Shown: positions 9,255 through 18,902 of the stretch, one piece after another
Position numbering within the stretch: the first letter of the stretch is position 1
Layout of the letters: each line of letters begins with the position of its first letter
Source of the DNA: Saprospiraceae bacterium
GTDB lineage: Bacteria > Bacteroidota > Bacteroidia > Chitinophagales > Saprospiraceae
Assembly: GCA_041631795.1 (NCBI GenBank)
Contig: JBFKJL010000001.1
Span: forward strand, 1 to 30,659
Direction of reading: 5' to 3'
DNA length: 30,659 nucleotides
Notes under the pieces: model-generated
Databases searched by the model: none
Seen by the model: the letters and a program-made list of their open reading frames with translations, nothing else
Told to the model about the DNA's origin: nothing
Program-made: the position numbers and the translations under genes

Positions 9255-9328
9255 ATTCGGTCGCCCATTTTGCACGGACAATTATTAACACAATAAACTG
9301 TAAATTGATCGATTATACCAAGGAAAAA

Positions 9329-9904
9329 ATGGAAAGAGATCAGAATAAATTCGTGCAAAGCAGCATGGCACTGCTCAAATACTACAAGACGATCACCGAC
9401 CAGTGCCTGGATCAGCTGACTGAAAATGAAATCAGGTACAGGCCAGACGACAGCCAGAACAGCATTCTTATCATTATTCAACACCTTATAGGCAATATGC
9501 GCTCAAGGTGGACAAATTTCTTAACAGAAGATGGCGAAAAACCCTGGAGACACCGGGATAAAGAATTTGAAGATTCTGGTATCCCGGTCAAAGATTTAAT
9601 GCAGGATTGGCAAAACGTATGGGCACTCGTGTTTGGTGAACTTGCCAAAATTGAAGACTCCGATCTTGAGAATTTGGTCTATATAAGGAATATGGGCCAC
9701 ACCATACGCGAGGCCATTCACAGGCAAATGACACACTGCGCTTACCATACCGGACAAATAGTTTTACTCGGTAAAATGTATAAAGGCCGGGATTGGCAGG
9801 CCCTGACGATCCCCAGGGGCAAGTCAGAATCTTTCAACGCTGCCCATTTTACCAATGAAAGATCAAGGAAACATTTTACAGATGAATTCCTCCAGGACGA
9901 TTAG
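9329..9904 (+). CDS. DUF1572 family (DinB-like) protein
   Basis: Family motifs NSILIIIQHLIGNMRSRWTNFLTEDGEKPWRHRDKEFE and HCAYHTGQIV. Start refined to ATG 9329. Confidence 0.88.
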   Translation: MERDQNKFVQSSMALLKYYKTITDQCLDQLTENEIRYRPDDSQNSILIIIQHLIGNMRSRWTNFLTEDGEKPWRHRDKEFEDSGIPVKDLMQDWQNVWALVFGELAKIEDSDLENLVYIRNMGHTIREAIHRQMTHCAYHTGQIVLLGKMYKGRDWQALTIPRGKSESFNAAHFTNERSRKHFTDEFLQDD

Positions 9905-10965
9905 GATCTGCCCGTGATCTGGAAAACTATTGTTCCACACATATCAGCTGCGGAAGACCTTTTAAACCAAAAATCATTGGATTTTCGAACTGCCAAAGAG
10001 ACCAGGCTCGGCGTATTGATACTTGAATCATTGGGATTGAAATCAGCGCTGATGACCTTTCCCCTGCTGTTAACACAAATATCCACAGCCACATGACCGG
10101 AATTTTCGGACAGGATGAGGATATTGGGTTGCTGGAGCAAACCCCGGCCACCAAGTCCATTCTTGATGAAAAGTGTCAGGTCCTCATCAACATAAATTTC
10201 ATTGACTGAGTCATCAATAAAAAAGTCATCTTCCTCCTGGATCTGAATGTCCTCAGGATCTCCAGGGTCTTTTTTCGGGTCAATATCATCTGCTGTCGCG
10301 GTATCCATCGCATCATTTTCCGGGACTTCGGGATGATAACCGCTGTGGAGAGTATCCGTTCTCGCGGGGAGATCGGTCCTGGCATCTTTGGTCACAGGGG
10401 AAGATTTCCCGGTTTTTCTCGCTTCCGCTTCTTTTGATCTGCTGATGTACTGGCTGCAGTACTTCCTGGATTGAACGAGGGCCCTGCTTGAACCCAGATC
10501 GACAGCGGCACTGATCACTTCACAAGCCTTATCTTCTTCTTCGAGCGCGAGGTAGGCTTCAGACAATGCCAGCATAGCCTCAACATCTTTATCATCGACA
10601 GCATAGTGAATACCTAATGTCTGTGATGCCGCGTCATAATCATTGAGTTTGAATTCCGCAAGTCCCAGCAGTTTTATACTTCGGGCATTGAGTCCTTTAA
10701 TGCCTATGTATTCAAGGATATCCTTCCTGACGCCTTTGTAGGCCGCCAGGGCGTATTTCGCCTCAGCTTTGAGCAATAAGACATCCTTGTATCCAGGATT
10801 CGACTCAATGATCTTATTGCACTCAGAAATGGCCTCTTCATACCTGTTTGTTTCGAGGAGATATTCAGCTTTCACATAAATAAACCCAAGCTCGGATTCC
10901 AATCCCTGCGCAGAGGCATAGAAGCTTGCAAGGATCAATACGCCTGTTGATATAATCTCTTTCAT
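9901..10965 (-). CDS. Exported TPR-repeat protein with acidic linker and C-terminal TonB-C-like domain
   Basis: Signal peptide MKEIISTGVLILASFYASA/Q. TPR-like helices (KAEYLLETNRYEEAISECNKII, LGLAEFKLNDYDAA, LSEAYLALEEEDKACE) are followed by an acidic Pro-containing linker. The C-terminal ~85 aa (GLGGRG, GHVAVDICVNSRGKVISA, GTIVFQI) resemble Bacteroidota TonB C-terminal domains. Start refined from 11028. Confidence 0.7.
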   Translation of the reverse strand: MKEIISTGVLILASFYASAQGLESELGFIYVKAEYLLETNRYEEAISECNKIIESNPGYKDVLLLKAEAKYALAAYKGVRKDILEYIGIKGLNARSIKLLGLAEFKLNDYDAASQTLGIHYAVDDKDVEAMLALSEAYLALEEEDKACEVISAAVDLGSSRALVQSRKYCSQYISRSKEAEARKTGKSSPVTKDARTDLPARTDTLHSGYHPEVPENDAMDTATADDIDPKKDPGDPEDIQIQEEDDFFIDDSVNEIYVDEDLTLFIKNGLGGRGLLQQPNILILSENSGHVAVDICVNSRGKVISADFNPNDSSINTPSLVSLAVRKSNDFWFKRSSAADMCGTIVFQITGRS

Positions 10966-10985
10966 ATTTGTTTCACAAAGTGTAC

Positions 10986-11001
10986 ATAAAATTTCGTGCC
11001 A
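10986..11001 (-). promoter_or_regulatory. Candidate sigma54-type -24/-12 promoter for the TPR/TonB-like gene
   Basis: The minus strand reads TGGCACG-AAAT-TTTAT. The -24 box is perfect but the -12 box is degenerate (consensus TTGCW). It ends about 20 nt upstream of ATG 10965. Confidence 0.4.
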
Positions 11002-11092
11002 GTCATTGATTAGACGAGCATCAGTCAAAAAAGATTGTTATCACCGATTAAATTGACTTTAATCTTTCGTTAAAGCCAAAAGTGAAATGGTC

Positions 11093-11105
11093 TGTCATTT
11101 TGTCA
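11093..11105 (-). promoter_or_regulatory. TGACA-N3-TGACA direct repeat (candidate regulator site)
   Basis: The plus strand reads TGTCATTTTGTCA, which is TGACA-AAA-TGACA on the minus strand. The same motif occurs upstream of groES at 15643-15655. Confidence 0.4.
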
Positions 11106-11125
11106 CATCTGTGATTGAAAAAGTC

Positions 11126-11133
11126 TATTTTTG
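11126..11133 (+). promoter_or_regulatory. Possible Bacteroidota -7 element for the miaB operon
   Basis: TATTTTTG matches TAnnTTTG, 31 nt before ATG 11165. A TTTG at 11099-11102 gives a rather long 23-nt spacer. Confidence 0.35.
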
Positions 11134-11164
11134 TGCTCTGTTCGATCAACCACTGAATAAAAAG

Positions 11165-12601
11165 ATGTACGATAACAATCCAACACTCGAGGGTCTGACT
11201 AAAAACCTGGATGAAAATAAGCAAGGCCAGGTTTATTCACAAGTAAATGGGCCTAAAGACGTACATAAAAAATTCTACATCGAAAGCTATGGCTGTCAAA
11301 TGAATTTCAGCGATTCTGAAATTGTCGCCTCAATCCTTGCGGAAGAAGGCTTTGGGGCCACGGATCTTTACGATGAAGCTGACCTCATTCTGATCAATAC
11401 CTGTTCGATCAGGGAAAAAGCCGAAGAAACCGTTCGCAAAAGACTCCGTTTATTCGATAAGGTCAAGGCAAACAAACCAGGCACCCTTGTGGGTGTGCTG
11501 GGTTGTATGGCAGAAAGATTAAAATCCAAATTCCTGGAAGAAGAAAAATTGGTCGATATCGTGATTGGCCCGGATGCTTACAGGGATCTTCCGACCCTGG
11601 TCGCTGATGCTGAAGAGGGCAACCGGGGGGTCAATGTCTTTTTGTCCAGGGAAGAAACGTATGCGGACATTTCACCGATGCGCCTGGGTTCGAATGGCGT
11701 CTCTGCATTTATTTCGATTATGCGAGGGTGTGACAATATGTGTTCTTTTTGTGTCGTCCCGTTTACGAGAGGCCGGGAGCGCAGCCGTGATGCATATTCG
11801 ATTATAGCGGAAGCTTCTGATCTTTTCGAAAGAGGCTACAGGGAGGTTACCCTGCTCGGTCAAAATGTCGATTCCTACAAATGGGAAAATCCTCAAACGG
11901 GAAATACTGTGTCTTTTGCTGACTTGCTGGTGATGGTCGCTTCAGTTCATCCATTATTGAGAGTACGGTTTTCGACATCCCATCCCAAGGATATCACCGA
12001 TGATGTCCTGTTTGCTATCAGGGATTATCCCAATATCTGCAAATACATCCATTTGCCTGTTCAGTCGGGGAATTCCAGGATCCTCAAGCTAATGAACCGT
12101 ACGTATGACCGCGACTGGTACAAACAAAAAGTCCGGCGGATATACGAGATCGTGGAGGATTGCGCCATTTCATCAGATATCATTACGGGGTTTTGCTCGG
12201 AAACGGAAGAGGAACACAGGGATACCTTATCCATGATCCCCTGGGCCAATTTCAGCATGTCCTACATGTTTTATTATTCAGAAAGGCCGGGCACGCTTGC
12301 AGAACGCAAATACGATGACGATGTCCCCATGGAAGTGAAGAAGCGCAGGCTGAGCGAAGTGATCCGCTTTCAGAACCAGGTCTCATACAAGCACAATCAG
12401 AATGATATTGGAAAGGTCTTTGAAGTCCTCATTGAAGGCGATTCAAAAAGATCCGATCTCGACTTTAAAGGACGTAACAGCCAGAACAAGATGGTCGTTT
12501 TTCCAAAAAAACAGGGCCTCAGGGCAGGAGATTATGTCCATGTGATGATTGAAAGTGCATCCAGTGCCACTCTCATAGGTTCAATAGTCGAAACGCCATG
12601 A
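11165..12601 (+). CDS. miaB: tRNA-2-methylthio-N6-dimethylallyladenosine synthase
   Basis: UPF0004 domain cysteines (YGCQMN, NTCSIRE, GCMA), radical-SAM [24 protein letters not shown] and a C-terminal TRAM domain. Start refined to ATG 11165. Confidence 0.97.
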   Translation: MYDNNPTLEGLTKNLDENKQGQVYSQVNGPKDVHKKFYIESYGCQMNFSDSEIVASILAEEGFGATDLYDEADLILINTCSIREKAEETVRKRLRLFDKVKANKPGTLVGVLGCMAERLKSKFLEEEKLVDIVIGPDAYRDLPTLVADAEEGNRGVNVFLSREETYADISPMRLGSNGVSAFISIMRGCDNMCSFCVVPFTRGRERSRDAYSIIAEASDLFERGYREVTLLGQNVDSYKWENPQTGNTVSFADLLVMVASVHPLLRVRFSTSHPKDITDDVLFAIRDYPNICKYIHLPVQSGNSRILKLMNRTYDRDWYKQKVRRIYEIVEDCAISSDIITGFCSETEEEHRDTLSMIPWANFSMSYMFYYSERPGTLAERKYDDDVPMEVKKRRLSEVIRFQNQVSYKHNQNDIGKVFEVLIEGDSKRSDLDFKGRNSQNKMVVFPKKQGLRAGDYVHVMIESASSATLIGSIVETP

Positions 12602-13875
12602 ATGTCCAATCCGTCAAACAACGTTATGCCATCGTCGGGCGGTCCCCCCTGCTGACAAGGGCGCTTCAAACGGCATTGCGTGTGGCATTGACCGACCTGA
12701 CAGTCCTTATTGAAGGTGAAAGCGGTGTGGGGAAAGAGGTCTTTTCAAAGATTATCCATGAAAATAGCAAGAGAAAGCATAATCCGTTTATAGCGATCAA
12801 TACAGGCGCCATCCCCGAGGGCACGATCAATTCAGAGTTGTTTGGCCATGAGAAAGGCGCATTTACCGGGGCCGTCAGTGACCGCAAAGGCTATTTTGAA
12901 GCCGTCAACGGCGGGACCATCTTTCTCGATGAAATTGGTGAAATGCCCCTGGATACCCAGGCCTTTCTTTTACGTGTGTTAGAGACTGGGGAATTCATTA
13001 AGGTCGGGTCATCCAAGGTCCAGAAAACAGATGTACGGGTGATTGCCGCGACAAACGTTGACCTTCAAAAGAGGATCCAGAAAGGGAAGTTTCGCGAAGA
13101 TCTTTATTACAGGCTCAATACGGTGCCCATAAAACTCCCCGCCCTCCATGAGCGCCGTGAGGACATCCCCTTGTTTTTCAGAAAATTTGCCGGTGATTTT
13201 GCAGAAAAATACCGGACTGAACCCGTCAGGCTTGATGAGCGCAGCATGTTGCTGCTCGAAAATTACAGGTGGCCAGGCAATATTCGCGAATTGAGAAATC
13301 TTGTCGAGCAGTTGTCCGTCCTTTCGGAAGAAAATTTTATTACGGTTGAAGAACTCATCGAGGTGGCCCCTCAACTGATGAAAAGAAATTTGCCCGCATC
13401 CGCAAGTCAGCTCAAAGAAAGCAAGGATATCGAGGAGCGGGAAATCCTCTACAAATTTCTTTTCGAAATGAAAAATGATTTGAGTGACCTCAAATCGCTG
13501 GTCTTCGAACTTATCCGCAGAAACGACCTGGAAGTGCCGAATTTAAAGCAATTGACGACCCTTTCCGGAGCTTATACCAGACAGAGCATGGAAGAAAGCA
13601 CCCCGGATGAGGTCCGCAGGCATGCACCCATCATCGAAGGTGATGATGATACTATCGTGGCCATAGAAAAGCCCATTCTCATCTCCAGGGATGCCTATAA
13701 CTATGGTCAAAGTGAGGTGGTTGAAGAAAACCTTAGCCTCGAGGAGAAAACCAAGGAATTGATCCTCAAAGCATTAAAAAAACACAAAGGGAGACGCAAG
13801 GATGCGGCTGATGAACTCGGCATCTCTGAACGGACACTATACAGGAAAATCAAGGAATACGACATTGACATATGA
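12598..13875 (+). CDS. Sigma54-interacting AAA+ activator (bacterial enhancer-binding protein) with Fis-type HTH and no receiver domain
   Basis: Walker A GESGVGKE, intact [40 protein letters not shown] and C-terminal [26 protein letters not shown] overlaps with both miaB and lptE. Confidence 0.95.
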   Translation: MNVQSVKQRYAIVGRSPLLTRALQTALRVALTDLTVLIEGESGVGKEVFSKIIHENSKRKHNPFIAINTGAIPEGTINSELFGHEKGAFTGAVSDRKGYFEAVNGGTIFLDEIGEMPLDTQAFLLRVLETGEFIKVGSSKVQKTDVRVIAATNVDLQKRIQKGKFREDLYYRLNTVPIKLPALHERREDIPLFFRKFAGDFAEKYRTEPVRLDERSMLLLENYRWPGNIRELRNLVEQLSVLSEENFITVEELIEVAPQLMKRNLPASASQLKESKDIEEREILYKFLFEMKNDLSDLKSLVFELIRRNDLEVPNLKQLTTLSGAYTRQSMEESTPDEVRRHAPIIEGDDDTIVAIEKPILISRDAYNYGQSEVVEENLSLEEKTKELILKALKKHKGRRKDAADELGISERTLYRKIKEYDIDI

Positions 13876-14357
13876 GGTGTTTGCTCTATATTTCATGCTT
13901 CCTTCAAGTTTCATGCTACAGCTTTAAAGGCATAACAATTCCTCCTGAAATTAAATCCTACTATGTTGAGGATTTCACAAACAACACGCTCAACGCCCCT
14001 CCCGAAATAGATCAGCTATTTTCTGAAGCCCTCCGAAAGATCATCAGGGAGCAATCCCGTTTGACTTACACAGAAACAGATCCTGACATCACATTCTCAG
14101 GCAGCATCGTCGGTTTCAGGGTCGTTGCTGTCGCCCCGGTAGAAGGCAATACCACGGCATTGAACAGGCTTGAAGTATCCGTGCAGATCAATTACAGGAA
14201 TATCCGGGATAGTGAAGAAGACTGGGATAAACGGTATTCGGACTTCGAAGATTTCAGCACGGATGTTGATCTTTCCTCGGTCCAGGATGAGTTGGTTGCA
14301 GACATCGTCGCCGATATCGCAGAACGTGTTTTCAATGACTCATTTACCAACTGGTAG
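13872..14357 (+). CDS. lptE: LptE-family lipoprotein (LPS assembly)
   Basis: Lipobox-like LQVS-C followed by YSFKGITIP, which resembles the Bacteroidota LptE N-terminus. Also has NRLEVSVQINY and C-terminal IAERVFNDSFTNW. Confidence 0.7.
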   Translation: MRCLLYISCFLQVSCYSFKGITIPPEIKSYYVEDFTNNTLNAPPEIDQLFSEALRKIIREQSRLTYTETDPDITFSGSIVGFRVVAVAPVEGNTTALNRLEVSVQINYRNIRDSEEDWDKRYSDFEDFSTDVDLSSVQDELVADIVADIAERVFNDSFTNW

Positions 14358-14417
14358 CGCCGGTTTTAGTGTATAATATTCTTTTAATATGATGATTTTC
14401 TTTAATTTTCCATCAAA

Positions 14418-15335
14418 ATGACCTTCGTGAGCCTCACCTCATTGTTAAATTCACCCGATGCGACAAAAAATATTGGTCTTGGCCAGATCAGGCGTTTATT
14501 TGAGGCTTTCCCGTTCAGTCAGCCGATCAGGAAACTATTGGAATCAAAACTGCCACAGCTCGAACAAGCCCCTTTTTCTCCTGCCTACATCTATCATTGG
14601 CCGACCCATTACAGGTATTCAGAATCAGGCAATAAGCGGGGCGAAGCCGTACGTGATGAAAGTATCTACACCGTAGATTCCATATCCATCAAGGTTAAAA
14701 AGCAGAATGAAACATCCGTTGAAGAATTTTTACCTGGACCGGCCATTGTCCCCGAGACAGTAAAACCAGGTGATAAACCTGCCAAGGTCAAGATCAAGAA
14801 GAAGAAGAAGAAGGAGAAGGAGAAGGAGAAGGAGAAGGAGAAGGAGAAAAAGAGAAAACAGAAAAAAGCCAAAAAACAAAAGAACAGGCGCCAAAAGATC
14901 ATTGCTTCCATCATCAGCAAAAAGACAAAAAAAGACAGTGTGAAAGCCTCGATCAAAAAGAAAAAATCGGCGAGGAAGAAAAAACTGCGGCGAAAAAAAA
15001 ATTGGAAATGTCTGACAGACAGCAAGCATGGGCCGCTTTCAGAATTCACGACATGGATAAATTCCATTGAAATGCAGAAAGACAGGGAGGCAAAAGGATC
15101 ACAACCTGTTGATAATGAACCTGTTCGACATCCTGAGGTATTTGATATTCAAAACGAAGCCCGTTCCAGTATAAAACTGAATGCAAATATAGTTTCAGAA
15201 CAATTGGCACTGTTGTTTGAACAGCAGGGACACTACCCAGAAGCCATTATGATGTACAAGAAACTGAGTTTGATATTTCCCGAAAAAAACACGTTCTTTG
15301 CGCAAAAAATTGAGGACCTCTCAAATTTGTTATAA
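14418..15335 (+). CDS. Hypothetical protein with Lys-rich low-complexity centre and C-terminal TPR-like helix pair
   Basis: 305 aa open frame. The N-terminal FPFSQPIRKLL and C-terminal VSEQLALLFEQQGHYPEAIMMYKKLSLIFPEKNTFFAQKIEDL resemble the conserved Bacteroidota hypothetical protein found between lptE and secG. Confidence 0.8.
   Translation: MTFVSLTSLLNSPDATKNIGLGQIRRLFEAFPFSQPIRKLLESKLPQLEQAPFSPAYIYHWPTHYRYSESGNKRGEAVRDESIYTVDSISIKVKKQNETSVEEFLPGPAIVPETVKPGDKPAKVKIKKKKKKEKEKEKEKEKEKKRKQKKAKKQKNRRQKIIASIISKKTKKDSVKASIKKKKSARKKKLRRKKNWKCLTDSKHGPLSEFTTWINSIEMQKDREAKGSQPVDNEPVRHPEVFDIQNEARSSIKLNANIVSEQLALLFEQQGHYPEAIMMYKKLSLIFPEKNTFFAQKIEDLSNLL
14796..14846 (+). repeat. In-frame simple sequence repeat: (AAG)6 overlapping (AAGGAG)6
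   Basis: AAG x6 at 14796-14813 and AAGGAG x6 at 14811-14846, encoding KKKKKK-EKEKEKEKEKE. Confidence 0.95.
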
Positions 15336-15338
15336 CAT

Positions 15339-15617
15339 ATGATTACTGCACTGACCATTCTAATTGCCCTGAACGCCTTTTTACTTATGGCTGTTGTTCT
15401 CATCCAAAACCCCAAGGGCGGTGGCGTCGACTCGACGTTCGGGGGTCAAGGGGCGAACCAAATGTTCGGTGCAGCCAGATCGACTGATTTCATTGAAAAG
15501 CTGACCTGGGGTCTGGCCACCTCAATGTTTGTCCTCGCCATTATCACAGCTATTATTGTCAGCAACGGTACTGTGGGCACAGGTGGAGAAATTCCGCTGT
15601 CATCCCAGCAAGGGTAA
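15339..15617 (+). CDS. secG: Preprotein translocase subunit SecG
   Basis: Two TM segments flanking VLIQNPKGGGVDSTFGG and TDFIEKLTW. Confidence 0.95.
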   Translation: MITALTILIALNAFLLMAVVLIQNPKGGGVDSTFGGQGANQMFGAARSTDFIEKLTWGLATSMFVLAIITAIIVSNGTVGTGGEIPLSSQQG

Positions 15618-15642
15618 GTACGTTTTGACCGTCTGATTATTA

Positions 15643-15669
15643 TGACATTTTGACAAGTTACTTTGTCAA
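15643..15669 (+). promoter_or_regulatory. TGACA-N3-TGACA direct repeat overlapping a TTGACAA-N6-TTGTCAA palindrome upstream of groES
   Basis: TGACA-TTT-TGACA at 15643-15655, plus perfect 7-bp inverted arms at 15650-15656 and 15663-15669. Confidence 0.5.
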
Positions 15670-15730
15670 CATTGACGTTGTTTTGCCCATTTCCGGGGCT
15701 TTGACTGAAATTTTGGCATGATGAGACAAA

Positions 15731-15746
15731 TGGCACATTTCCTGAT
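15731..15746 (+). promoter_or_regulatory. Candidate sigma54-type -24/-12 promoter for groES-groEL
   Basis: TGGCACA-TTTC-CTGAT compared with consensus TGGCACG-N4-TTGCW. The GG and the -13 G are correctly spaced, but -12 is A. It ends 56 nt before the groES ATG. Confidence 0.45.
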
Positions 15747-15802
15747 GTCAATCCGGTGAAGAAATAATTTTTTGACCTAATAAACATTACAATTTAATTT
15801 CT

Positions 15803-16069
15803 ATGAAACCCATAAATGATAGAGTAGTAGTGAAACCTTCTCCTGCGGACGAAAAGTCACGAGGAGGTATTATCATTCCTGACACAGCCAAAGAAAAACC
15901 CCAAAAAGGTGAAGTCATTGCGGTTGGTCCGGGAAAAGATGGAAACTTAATGACTGTAAAAGAAGGCGATATCGTGCTTTATGGCAAATACGCTGGCCAG
16001 GAAATCAATTACCTGGGACAAGATTACCTGATTATGCGTGAGGATGACATACTTGTCATTTTGGACTAA
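15803..16069 (+). CDS. groES: Co-chaperonin GroES
   Basis: Motifs [36 protein letters not shown] and IMREDDIL. Confidence 0.98.
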   Translation: MKPINDRVVVKPSPADEKSRGGIIIPDTAKEKPQKGEVIAVGPGKDGNLMTVKEGDIVLYGKYAGQEINYLGQDYLIMREDDILVILD

Positions 16070-16089
16070 TTCAATTTCATTAATCATAA

Positions 16090-17745
<1,656 letters not shown>

Positions 17746-17765
17746 AAAAAGTATTGCTCAAAAAC

Positions 17766-17797
17766 AAAAACCCGGCAGGATCTGCCGGGTTTTTTTT
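17766..17797. terminator. Bidirectional rho-independent terminator between groEL and the convergent T9SS gene
   Basis: AAAAA-CCCGGCAG-GAT-CTGCCGGG-TTTTTTTT: an 8-bp GC-rich stem with a T8 tract on plus and a T5 tract on minus. The stop codon of the convergent gene (17796-17798) lies in the tract. Confidence 0.92.
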
Positions 17798-18902
17798 ATG
17801 GCTCTATGATGACCAGCCTTTTACTTTGTATTCTTTCACCTTGTTCATTGATCACACTGTATAGATACAATCCCTTGGGGAGACCAGATAAATTAAAGTT
17901 GACCGTGCTATTCGGGTCGCGGATTTGAATTGTCTTTTCCCAGAGTTTTTTCCCGATGATGTTTGTGACCTGGAAAACATAATTCCCCGGATCTGTGTCT
18001 TCAAATTGTAAGTATATCTTTTCAAAGGTGGGATTGGGATACAAGTAGATGGCATTCCTGGTATTCCGGCACTTTGAGATCGATTGAAAGGCCCGGGTTG
18101 TAAACAACGATATCTTTGGCACTTTGTCCAAATCGACCCTCGCCACTTCAAAAGACTTCCCCGGACTGAAGAAGCTGACAAACCTGTGTACTTTATTGGT
18201 CAGGTATTTTTGATACAATTGAGCTTCAAGTGTATAACCGACTTCCCCGCCCTGGATGTCCGTGAATCGAACTCCCTCTGGCAAAATTGTCAACTCGTAT
18301 TGGACAGCAAAGCCCGTGGACCGATCAGCATAAAACTGAAAGCTCGTTCTCGACCTGTAATTGGCCCTCCAATAAACCCCACAACGAACCTCCATTTTGG
18401 AAATATCCTTTTCCGTTAATACCGAGCGGATGTCTTCAGGCAACTGTTTCACTCCATAGGCAAAAAGAATTTCATTGCGTTCACTGATCTGAGTGGTGGA
18501 TGTGACTGGATTTTCAAGTAAGGTCAATGGGTTGAAAAACTGTACAAAAGTGCGTTTCCTGGCAAAAAAGGGATCTTCATCTTCAAATGCATTCCACAGG
18601 AGTTTTCCATTTTCCGAACTGTAATGTTCCGATCGACCTGTATTGTATATTAAGCTGACATTCGCCCCGGGAATTCTGCTTTTTGATACTGTAATCCTCC
18701 GCTGACAAGGGAAGTTACAGTAATCGCAATTGATTTGTGAAAAGTCGAAAGATTGAAGAAAATCACCCGGCAAGTCAGGAATCCTGGTTTTGACATTATA
18801 AAGAGTATCACCGATGGCGGGAAGGAAGTCCTGGCAGTCTCCCCGGGCAACCATAAGCAAACACATGGCGATCACACTACTGAATATCCTGGATAGACAC
18901 AT
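17796..18902 (-). CDS. T9SS type A sorting domain protein with unrecognised N-terminal domain
   Basis: The C-terminal ~85 aa (IYLYPNPT, QVTNIIGKKL, NLSGLPKGLYLYSV, KRLVII) match a type A CTD. Signal peptide MCLSRIFSSVIAMCLLMVARGDC/Q. Alternative start 18923; the track start 18974 is unlikely. Confidence 0.85.
   Translation of the reverse strand: MCLSRIFSSVIAMCLLMVARGDCQDFLPAIGDTLYNVKTRIPDLPGDFLQSFDFSQINCDYCNFPCQRRITVSKSRIPGANVSLIYNTGRSEHYSSENGKLLWNAFEDEDPFFARKRTFVQFFNPLTLLENPVTSTTQISERNEILFAYGVKQLPEDIRSVLTEKDISKMEVRCGVYWRANYRSRTSFQFYADRSTGFAVQYELTILPEGVRFTDIQGGEVGYTLEAQLYQKYLTNKVHRFVSFFSPGKSFEVARVDLDKVPKISLFTTRAFQSISKCRNTRNAIYLYPNPTFEKIYLQFEDTDPGNYVFQVTNIIGKKLWEKTIQIRDPNSTVNFNLSGLPKGLYLYSVINEQGERIQSKRLVIIEP

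Noticed and set aside
14666-15067. Phe-rich 133-aa and Leu-rich 99-aa minus-strand ORFs resembling membrane proteins
   Set aside because: They are the reverse complement of the AAG/AAGGAG Lys tract, so the hydrophobicity is an artefact.
14777-15070. Glu/Gly-rich -1 frame suggesting the Lys tract results from a frameshift error
   Set aside because: The main frame is uninterrupted from a plausible N-terminus to the conserved-looking C-terminus. The -1 frame is bounded by stops and purine repeats are naturally stop-poor.
15204-15220. TGGCACTGTTGTTTGA as another sigma54 site upstream of secG
   Set aside because: It lies within coding sequence (LALLF), its TTG is offset by 1 nt from -12 spacing and no TGACA repeat accompanies it.
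15618-15802. CIRCE/HrcA operator upstream of groES
   Set aside because: No TTAGCACTC-N9-GAGTGCTAA or close variant was seen.
18705-18728. Radical-SAM or ferredoxin Fe-S motif in the T9SS cargo
   Set aside because: The spacing is CxxCxxxC, not CxxxCxxC or CxxCxxCxxxC. There is no radical-SAM barrel and the protein is secreted.
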